A stretch of DNA of 64,000 nucleotides from Candidatus Woesebacteria bacterium (GTDB lineage Bacteria; Patescibacteriota; Microgenomatia; UBA8517): contig DMZH01000003.1 in NCBI GenBank assembly GCA_003484955.1, forward strand, positions 47,815 to 111,814, written 5' to 3'. The notes under the pieces are model-generated. The model ran no database searches and was not told where the DNA came from. It saw only the letters and a list, made by a program, of their open reading frames with translations. Shown piece after piece: positions 57,471 to 64,000 of this stretch (its first letter is position 1; each line of letters begins with the position of its first letter). A program made the translations under genes and the position numbers.

Positions 57471-57685
57471 GGTTTTGTTGGGTCTTTCCTCGGAGCAGGC
57501 ATGCCTTCAACAACCTCTTGATAAATATCTGCTACGATTTTTCCGTCTTTTCCGGTTTTGATATCAAGTCTTACTCCGTGTTGCTCGGCCGCTTTAGACA
57601 GCTTAGATGAAGAAACACTTCCTATTGGCACATCCTTAGCGACTGGTATTACCCAATCAACCTTTTCGCTAGCGTCTTCTGACAT
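57467..57685 (-). CDS. Small hypothetical protein (opposite strand within the nusG-rplK spacer)
   Basis: ORF only. Confidence 0.25.
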   Translation of the reverse strand: MSEDASEKVDWVIPVAKDVPIGSVSSSKLSKAAEQHGVRLDIKTGKDGKIVADIYQEVVEGMPAPRKDPTKP

Positions 57686-57822
57686 ACGTATATATTACAA
57701 TAATTCTACTTTACTCCGCAACTTTCCAATGATACAATGCCCTTACCTCGGTTAAATCTGAGGTAGACCACCAGGTCGAAACTTCATAATCGGTTTCCCT
57801 GTGTCTTTCTAACTAAGTTAAA

Positions 57823-58245
57823 ATGGCAAAAAAGATCAAAACAGTAGTTAAAATCAATCTTAAGGCGGCTGAGGCTACCCCTGCTCCTCCCGTAGGAACA
57901 GCTCTTGGGCAGCACGGAGTTGCCATCATGGATTTTGTCAAACAGTACAACGACAAAACAAAAGACATGAAGGGACAAGTTGTCCCCGCGGTCATCACTA
58001 TTTACGAAGACAGATCATTCGATTTTACAATCAAGAAAGCCCCTGTTTCCGACATGATTAAAAAGGCTTTGGGAATTGAAAAAGGAAGCGGTAAAACCCC
58101 GAGAGAGCCAGCAGGAACCATAACTCACGAGCAGGTCAAAAAGATTGCTGAGGAAAAATTGGTTGATTTAAACACAACTGATGTTGAAGCAGCAGCCAGA
58201 ATTGTTGAAGGAACAGCAAGAAGTATGGGAGTAAAAGTAGAGTAA
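57823..58245 (+). CDS. rplK: Ribosomal protein L11
   Basis: KINLKAAEATPAPPVGTALGQHGV, PPVGPALG-like motif. Confidence 0.9.
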   Translation: MAKKIKTVVKINLKAAEATPAPPVGTALGQHGVAIMDFVKQYNDKTKDMKGQVVPAVITIYEDRSFDFTIKKAPVSDMIKKALGIEKGSGKTPREPAGTITHEQVKKIAEEKLVDLNTTDVEAAARIVEGTARSMGVKVE

Positions 58246-58259
58246 AAGACACAAAAATT

Positions 58260-59042
58260 ATGGGAAAAATGAAAACAGCGTTTGTCGGAGAAGACTCCAA
58301 TAAAAAGAAAGAAAAAGAACAAGAAAAGGTTCACTTGGCCGGACTTAAAGGTGGTCAAAAAGTTAAAGTGGTTGAGGCAGCACCCGGCGAAGAGTCCCCG
58401 ATTATTGAAGAAGGAGCTCAGAACACCGAAGTCACCAAAAAATCAAAAAAGATCGAACACATAAGGGGTAAAAAATATAAAGAATCTAAAGCTAAATTTG
58501 ATCATGAAAAATTGTACAAAGTTTCTGAAGCAGTCAAACTTGTAAAAGAAACCTCTTATTCAAAATTTGACGGAACAATGGAACTACACCTTGTTGTCAA
58601 AAAGACGGGAACGTCCATCCAGATTACTCTTCCCCATCAGGCGGGTCGGGTTAAGAAAGTCGAAATCGCCAGTGAAGATACCATTACCAAACTTAAAGAA
58701 GGAAAAATTGATTTTGATATCTTAGTGGCAACACCCGATATGATGCCAAAACTTGTCCCGTTCGCGAAACTTTTAGGACCTAAAGGCCTTATGCCAAATC
58801 CCAAAAATGGAACTTTAATAAACGATCCCAAAAAGGTTAAGTCGTTTTCAACCGCAACGGTTACGTTAAAAACAGAAAGAGAAGCCCCTCTTGTACACAC
58901 TGTAGTCGGCAAAACAATTCAGGCGGATTCAGAGTTGGTTGAAAATCTTGAAGCCATTCTCAAGGCTTTTGGAGGTATAAAACAAATAGAAAAAGCATAT
59001 ATCAAAGCCACAATGGGCCCATCAGTGAAAGTTAAGGTATAA
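58260..59042 (+). CDS. rplA: Ribosomal protein L1 with about 50-aa Lys/Glu-rich N-terminal extension
   Basis: The L1 core starts about KESKAKFDHEKLYKVSEAVKLVKE. Confidence 0.85.
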   Translation: MGKMKTAFVGEDSNKKKEKEQEKVHLAGLKGGQKVKVVEAAPGEESPIIEEGAQNTEVTKKSKKIEHIRGKKYKESKAKFDHEKLYKVSEAVKLVKETSYSKFDGTMELHLVVKKTGTSIQITLPHQAGRVKKVEIASEDTITKLKEGKIDFDILVATPDMMPKLVPFAKLLGPKGLMPNPKNGTLINDPKKVKSFSTATVTLKTEREAPLVHTVVGKTIQADSELVENLEAILKAFGGIKQIEKAYIKATMGPSVKVKV

Positions 59043-59046
59043 CTTT

Positions 59047-59289
59047 TTGGATTTGATGAATTTTGGTTTTTTGATAAACTATAACCAAATGACAGAAGAA
59101 TCGACGGAAAGAGCCTTTAATCAATTGCCCCAAAAACCGATTTTAACCACCAAGGTGCTGGAAACTCCCGACTCAATTCAGAGAGAGTTTGATGTGGCTA
59201 AACTAAACCCAACTAGACTACAGGAAAAATTGGATGCCCAAAGAAGAATTGAAAAATTAAAAAAGAGTCAAATCGATAATCCCAGTTGA
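59047..59289 (+). CDS. Questionable small ORF in the rplA-rplJ spacer (more likely the L10 leader RNA region)
   Basis: ORF only. Confidence 0.15.
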   Translation: MDLMNFGFLINYNQMTEESTERAFNQLPQKPILTTKVLETPDSIQREFDVAKLNPTRLQEKLDAQRRIEKLKKSQIDNPS

Positions 59290-59377
59290 CTTTGCGCTTC
59301 AAAAATTAGATAATACCTCTGTCCTAAGAAAGTATGCTCCAGGCAAAACTTGGCATAAGTCATACCGAGGCAAAAGC

Positions 59378-59408
59378 GATTTTCGCGCCTCGTGCGCGAT
59401 TTTTTTTG
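59378..59408 (+). promoter_or_regulatory. GC hairpin plus T-run (attenuator-like) just upstream of and overlapping the rplJ start region
   Basis: gcgattttcgcgcctcgtgcgcgatttttttt. Confidence 0.35.
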
Positions 59409-59961
59409 GACAAAATATAAAAATATGAAAAAATTGGAAAAGATAGTATTTGTAGACAATTTAAAAGTTGAGCTAAAAGACGCCAAGTCGGTAATCCTTG
59501 TCAATTATGCAGGACTTGCCGTTAAACCCCAACAAGAACTTAAAAGAAGACTGGCCGAAGTTGGTGGAAAAATGGTTGTTGTTAAAAACACGCTCCTCTC
59601 CCGTGCCGGCGATGCGGCAGGATTTGACAGTAAAAATCTAACCGGCGAAATTCTTTCCGGTCAAACCGCTCTTATTATTGCAACCGACGATCCTGTTGCC
59701 CCAATTCAAGTTTTAGGAAAATTTGCCAAAGAATTTGTCAGTGCAGCCGGCGAATCAGTTCCGAAATTTAAAATCGGTATTGTTGAAGGATTATTCCAGG
59801 ATTCTCAATCTCTCTCTCAAATCTCGCTTCTTCCAGGACGCGATGCACTTCTTGGACAATTCCTTGGAACGTTAATGGGTACCCAATACGGGTTAGTTGG
59901 AACATTGAATGCAAATTTGCAGAAACTGGTTTATGTGTTAGACACAGCCAGTAAAAAGTAA
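59392..59961 (+). CDS. rplJ: Ribosomal protein L10
   Basis: L10 family similarity; position before rplL. Confidence 0.85.
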   Translation: MRDFFWTKYKNMKKLEKIVFVDNLKVELKDAKSVILVNYAGLAVKPQQELKRRLAEVGGKMVVVKNTLLSRAGDAAGFDSKNLTGEILSGQTALIIATDDPVAPIQVLGKFAKEFVSAAGESVPKFKIGIVEGLFQDSQSLSQISLLPGRDALLGQFLGTLMGTQYGLVGTLNANLQKLVYVLDTASKK

Positions 59962-59982
59962 GGATCGGAGGTGAATTATTAA

Positions 59983-60387
59983 ATGGCAGAAGAATCTAAA
60001 AAAGTATCAGAAAAAGTTGAAAAGATTGTGGAGGAAGTTTCTAAACTTTCTGTTTTGGAACTTTCCGAACTAGTCACAGCTTTGCAAGACAAGCTTGGTG
60101 TTTCCGCCGCGCTTCCGGTTGCAGCAGCAGCCCCAGCAGCCGCAGGAGAAGCTCCAGCAGAAGATGCCGGCAGTGCTAATAAAACAGTAGTCATGACCGA
60201 TTCCGGTGCAAATAAAATTGCAGTTATTAAGGCTTTGAGGGAAATAAATCCCAACCTAACCTTAATGGATGCCAAAGGAATGACAGACACTGTTCCAGCT
60301 GAAGTTTTGAAAGATGCTAAAGCAGAAGATGCTAAGTCAGCTTCCGACAAACTTACCGCAGCAGGAGCAAAAGTGGAACTTAAATAA
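59983..60387 (+). CDS. rplL: Ribosomal protein L7/L12
   Basis: Ala-rich hinge AAAAPAAAGEAPAE, C-terminal domain KIAVIKALREI. Confidence 0.9.
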   Translation: MAEESKKVSEKVEKIVEEVSKLSVLELSELVTALQDKLGVSAALPVAAAAPAAAGEAPAEDAGSANKTVVMTDSGANKIAVIKALREINPNLTLMDAKGMTDTVPAEVLKDAKAEDAKSASDKLTAAGAKVELK

Positions 60388-60427
60388 TTTTAATTAATTT
60401 GAAGTTATTGACAGTTCTACAACAAAA

Positions 60428-60455
60428 GGTCCCGCCAAAAAGGCGGGATTTTTTG
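60428..60455 (+). terminator. Rho-independent terminator after rplL
   Basis: ggtcccgcc-aaaaa-ggcggga followed by tttttt. Confidence 0.75.
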
Positions 60456-60547
60456 TTGGGTAAATTCTTTGCTTCGTATTTTCTTTGGGGTGTGAAAGCC
60501 ACTATCTTTTTATAAAATGAAGGGTAAGTATTATAATCAAAATACTG

Positions 60548-61444
60548 TTAATTAGCCAAATAATCGACTATTTTAGATGCAACATTAATTCCTGTTGATT
60601 CCTCAAATCCTTCAAATTGACAGGCTCTATTTACTTCAAGCACAACCCACTTACCTTCTTCGTTTTTCATAAGATCTATACCACAATAATCCAATTTGAA
60701 AAGTTTTGAAGTTTCTAAAGCAATACTGTTCGCCTCTAAATCTTCTCCGATTTTATATGATTCGACCTTACCTCCTTGCGAATAATTACTCAAAAAGTTC
60801 CCGGGTAGGGCAATTCGTTTCATCGCCCCAACTATTTTTCCATTCAAAACAATAACACGCAAATCTTCAGCTTTGGGTAAAAGTCTTTGGAAAAGAAGGG
60901 TTTTAATTTTAAAGTTCGAATTAAATGTTTTAAAAAGTTTAAGAAGGTCGGAGTCTTCTGATATTTTGAAAACCCCAATTCCACTACTTCCGATAATGTC
61001 CTTAGCGATATACGGATACGCGTCTACACTCCATTTTTTGAGTTCTTCAATTGATGTAAAACTAAAACTCTCGACAACCGGAATGCCTGCCAGGGCTAAA
61101 TTAATATATTGAGTGGTTTTATCTAATGAAGGCCATTTACTAAATGATTTTTCATTTAATAATTTTGATCCTTTTAATTTAGACCACACAATAATCGCAG
61201 TCCGGATTGGATTATATACACTATCCTCCCCCAACCCCCGCAAAAAAATCCCATGAGGGACAGGCATTTCTTCACCTTTTAATTTGAGTTCGAATTCCCC
61301 TGTTGTATAAACAATGTTTATGTCGTTGTATTTAATCACCCGAAGATTGATGTTCTTATTTTTTGCTTCCTCGATCAACCTTTTTGGGGCATAAGCTTTC
61401 GGGCCGTGGGTAAATAGAATAATATCCAAATCAAATTTTTTCAT
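60548..61444 (-). CDS. RimK-like ATP-grasp ligase
   Basis: VVLEVNRACQFEGFEESTG C-terminal RimK-type motif; ATP-grasp fold length. Confidence 0.65.
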   Translation of the reverse strand: MKKFDLDIILFTHGPKAYAPKRLIEEAKNKNINLRVIKYNDINIVYTTGEFELKLKGEEMPVPHGIFLRGLGEDSVYNPIRTAIIVWSKLKGSKLLNEKSFSKWPSLDKTTQYINLALAGIPVVESFSFTSIEELKKWSVDAYPYIAKDIIGSSGIGVFKISEDSDLLKLFKTFNSNFKIKTLLFQRLLPKAEDLRVIVLNGKIVGAMKRIALPGNFLSNYSQGGKVESYKIGEDLEANSIALETSKLFKLDYCGIDLMKNEEGKWVVLEVNRACQFEGFEESTGINVASKIVDYLAN

Positions 61445-61458
61445 AACTCGCCATTATA

Positions 61459-62400
61459 TTATATTTTTGACGAAAAATTTTGGACAAGTGCATTCAAAAA
61501 ATTATCTCTATTTTTCATCTCCCACTTTGGAAAACCTATCTGATCATTTATCTCAAATATTTTGGGATTGCCATCTTTGTCTATACCAAAATCGAGACTG
61601 AATATCGGGTTGTCGTATTCTTTGTAAAAAATTTTGGAAATTATTTTAACTATTTTCTTAACAGATTCCGGAACCTTGGAATAATCAACCTCCGTTAAAC
61701 TACCTCCCTGAGCAGCATTGGCTAAAAGTGATCCTTCGGCGGGAACTCTTACGTGACACCAAACAGCCTTTCCATTAACTACAACTATTCTTAAATCATG
61801 TCTTCCCGAAGTTATATTAGGAACTCCATTTGAAGTATCAATAAATTCCTGAAGTATGTATTTTTTTCCTTCTTTTTCCGGACTAAAATTTTTCAAATCC
61901 TCTTTTAACCCTATAAAAATCCCCTTGCCACGAAGACCGTCATATGGTTTTAAAACGACATTGTCAGTTGTTATTTTGCTAACTAGTTTAGCAGCGTTTT
62001 TTAAATTTCCTACCCAATACGTTTTGGGCATATAACTCGATAACTTAAGATATGTTTCCCATTTATTACAGGTCAATTCCTTAAACTTTCTGATATTTAC
62101 AACTTTTAGGCTTTTCTCATTTTTGGGTGGGAATAACAAATTTCCTACCCAATCAAAAACTAAATCTAGTCTAACCGTTTCTTCTACTCTCACAAATTTT
62201 CCATTTTTAAATAACCATGCACCATCAAAACCGTTGCCTCCCTTGTACGTTTTTCTGGTAAGAATATATACTTTCCAACCCTCGGCCTGGCATAATTCTA
62301 ATAGCCGAAGATAAACCGGTAATTTCTTCCCGATGTGGCTTAGTGGAGCAACCCCTTCAAAACTTCTGGAAAAACACATTCCAAATCTAATCATTGACAT
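61459..62400 (-). CDS. YheC/YheD-like ATP-grasp ligase
   Basis: VVLKPYDGLRGKGIFI, DLRIVVVNGKAV, LANAAQGG, IFEINDQIGF. Confidence 0.65.
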   Translation of the reverse strand: MSMIRFGMCFSRSFEGVAPLSHIGKKLPVYLRLLELCQAEGWKVYILTRKTYKGGNGFDGAWLFKNGKFVRVEETVRLDLVFDWVGNLLFPPKNEKSLKVVNIRKFKELTCNKWETYLKLSSYMPKTYWVGNLKNAAKLVSKITTDNVVLKPYDGLRGKGIFIGLKEDLKNFSPEKEGKKYILQEFIDTSNGVPNITSGRHDLRIVVVNGKAVWCHVRVPAEGSLLANAAQGGSLTEVDYSKVPESVKKIVKIISKIFYKEYDNPIFSLDFGIDKDGNPKIFEINDQIGFPKWEMKNRDNFLNALVQNFSSKI

Positions 62401-63283
62401 TTTCCTTATTTAAAAATTTGGAAACCTCATCAATTTCCGGACTAACGGTTTTATCGTAATTAAATCCTGGCCCCCTATTAACTTCGAGAACAAAAACTTT
62501 TCCTGTTCCTTTTTCAATTGCGATATCAACTCCACCTATTTGAATATTTAAACTTTTTACCGCACTGACCGCGATTTTCTGGATTTCGCGACTTATAGAG
62601 CTAACATCCAGATATTCTTCATTCTGATTTAGATTGGAATAATTTAATTTTAGTGAACTGTAATCTCTTGGAACTTTTGTGTGAACAACTTTTACCGCGT
62701 CTCCCAAAACCAAGAACCTGTATTCACTTTCTAATGGGATATATTTTTGAAAAAGATATTTTGCGGTTCTTTGCTTTTCTCCAATTTTTTTGGGTAACTG
62801 GTCAAACTGTTTCTTATTAGAAATGGAGTAAATTCCGGTCATATGTTGACCAACCAACTCTTTGGCAATGATCGGAAAACCCATTTTGTTAATAATATAG
62901 TCTTCATATCTCTTTATACTTTCGCCCATACAAAAAATTGTTTGCGGCACAGGAATTCCAGCAATCGATAACTTTAAATATGATGTTAGTTTATCCCCCG
63001 AAGCTCCAATTTCACTAAAACTTCTATCAAAATAGGTAATTCCCAATTTATCAAGACATCGGGCAAGACTTCCTGCTAAGGAAAAATGAGAATGGTCTGC
63101 CCTACGGATGTAAACCAATTTATATTCGGTTACATCAATTCCTTTTACAAGAATTTTTATATTCTGCCCATCAACATTGAACATAAGATCTGTGAAACAT
63201 GCAACCTGCGCATTTGCTTCGTTACCAAGAAATTTGACCTTAGGACCAATTTTATCAACAAGAATTAATATTTTTTTCATCAT
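62387..63283 (-). CDS. RimK-like ATP-grasp ligase
   Basis: FPIIAKELVGQHMTGIY, RFLVLGDAV, VFVLEVNRGPGF. Confidence 0.65.
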   Translation of the reverse strand: MMKKILILVDKIGPKVKFLGNEANAQVACFTDLMFNVDGQNIKILVKGIDVTEYKLVYIRRADHSHFSLAGSLARCLDKLGITYFDRSFSEIGASGDKLTSYLKLSIAGIPVPQTIFCMGESIKRYEDYIINKMGFPIIAKELVGQHMTGIYSISNKKQFDQLPKKIGEKQRTAKYLFQKYIPLESEYRFLVLGDAVKVVHTKVPRDYSSLKLNYSNLNQNEEYLDVSSISREIQKIAVSAVKSLNIQIGGVDIAIEKGTGKVFVLEVNRGPGFNYDKTVSPEIDEVSKFLNKENVND

Positions 63284-63296
63284 TTTATGTAAACAC

Positions 63297-64000
63297 TTAG
63301 TTTGTCTGATCGTCTACCTTAACTAAAAAACCCTGAAGATCACGTCGTCCAATAATAAAGATCTTTTTCAAACCTTTTCTGTTTGATACGGAGGCTATTG
63401 TATTAATCCTTCTTCCCGCCAGGTAGAAACTAATATTAATAACCGCTCTTTCCTCAGATCCCAAAGCGCTTTTAAAAACTTTTGTCCAAAGAATATTATT
63501 TTTTTGCAGAAGACCATTATTCTCTGCAAAAGTTTTATCTATTGAGCTTCTCCATGCACCCGTATCGATCTTCGCAGTTACCTCTACTCTGCGTCTTTCT
63601 GGTGTCACAATTTTGACTGTTTCGTCATTTCTGATTGTCTTAATACCCTCTTGAGCGGCCTTTCTGTTCTCAAATCTTCCTGCAAAAAGCGCCTTAGCAA
63701 GCATTACTCCTCGTTCTGCATCGGTAACATCTAGGTCTTCGACCCTTTCCAGTCTCTTTTTAAGTCCCTCCCCATTAGCCAGCTGAATTTGAAGCCCGGG
63801 TTGAGCGTTAAGTTCCAAAACCATAGGGCCTTTTTCCGGATGAATTACAATATCAACCCCTAAATATCCCAAATGCGAAGCTTCCTGGGCTCTGACCGCA
63901 GTTTCCAAAACCGCATCCCAACCGGGTATTTTTATTCCCCGAAGTTTACGTTCTGTCCCCGGTTTGAATACAATTTCCTCTCCATGCCAAATAGCTTTTG
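63297..64000 (-). CDS. RimK-like ATP-grasp C-terminal domain fused to a retropepsin-like (DTGA) aspartic-protease-type domain; N-terminus lies beyond the window edge
   Basis: LGYLGVDIVIHPEKGPMVLELNAQPG (ATP-grasp C-terminus) then VEVTAKIDTGAWRSSID; the frame stays open to nt 64000 upstream of the TTG the ORF finder chose. Confidence 0.6.
   Translation of the reverse strand, partial: KAIWHGEEIVFKPGTERKLRGIKIPGWDAVLETAVRAQEASHLGYLGVDIVIHPEKGPMVLELNAQPGLQIQLANGEGLKKRLERVEDLDVTDAERGVMLAKALFAGRFENRKAAQEGIKTIRNDETVKIVTPERRRVEVTAKIDTGAWRSSIDKTFAENNGLLQKNNILWTKVFKSALGSEERAVINISFYLAGRRINTIASVSNRKGLKKIFIIGRRDLQGFLVKVDDQTN

Noticed and set aside
59047-59289. 80-aa ORF between rplA and rplJ
   Set aside because: This position normally holds the L10 leader or attenuator RNA and the ORF has no motif. 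It is kept only as a very low-confidence feature.
60517-60555. 12-codon ORF (MKGKYYNQNTVN) next to the ATP-grasp tandem as a possible substrate peptide
   Set aside because: It is too short, lies on the opposite strand overlapping the first ATP-grasp 3' end, and has no ribosome-binding site.
1-64000. Alternative genetic code (UGA recoded, as in some CPR lineages)
   Set aside because: Long conserved genes such as cysS, dnaX, topA and glyA read through cleanly in the standard code and end mostly in TAA. There is no pattern of genes broken at TGA.
1-64000. CRISPR arrays, transposases, integrases or prophage genes
   Set aside because: No regularly spaced repeat-spacer array and no recognisable recombinase or phage structural motifs were seen. 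The only tandem repeats are short heptamer or 10-mer arrays in promoters.

Overview
This window is a low-GC, gene-dense bacterial segment that resembles a Candidatus Patescibacteria (CPR) genome read in the standard genetic code. That placement is inferred from short intergenic gaps, small divergent housekeeping proteins and minimal aminoacyl-tRNA synthetases. Most of the window is conserved core machinery. It includes the rpsF-ssb-rpsR operon, ychF, cysS, recR-ybaB-dnaX, proS, rseP, frr-tsf-rpsB, a long dTMP and folate block (folD-glyA-tmk-dNK-thyA-folA-mazG-kinase-dCMP deaminase), topA, dprA, mrdA-mreB, def-fmt, a tRNA array (Thr-Tyr-Thr, then Trp), rpmG and secE-nusG-rplKAJL. Three loci look accessory and are the main candidates for something undescribed. 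The first (about 8.2-13.7 kb) holds a radical SAM enzyme with an N-terminal extension, a SAM methyltransferase, an HPr-kinase-like P-loop kinase, two Nudix hydrolases and a Fic protein. The second (about 46.9-56.3 kb) is a block that breaks the usual rpmG/tRNA-Trp/secE arrangement and carries a C39-like peptidase, a Ddl-like ATP-grasp, a Gmk-like kinase, a cytidylyltransferase-like protein and an RNHCP-domain gene with an in-frame stop. The third (60.5-64.0 kb) is four tandem RimK/YheCD-like ATP-grasp ligases, the last fused to a retropepsin-like DTGA domain, directly after rplL. Smaller points include an RF1 with no domain 1, a HisRS with no anticodon-binding domain, a split dprA, a duplicated tRNA-Thr 5' fragment that forms a hairpin, and heptamer tandem repeats just upstream of several translation genes. 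No CRISPR array, transposase or integrase was seen.
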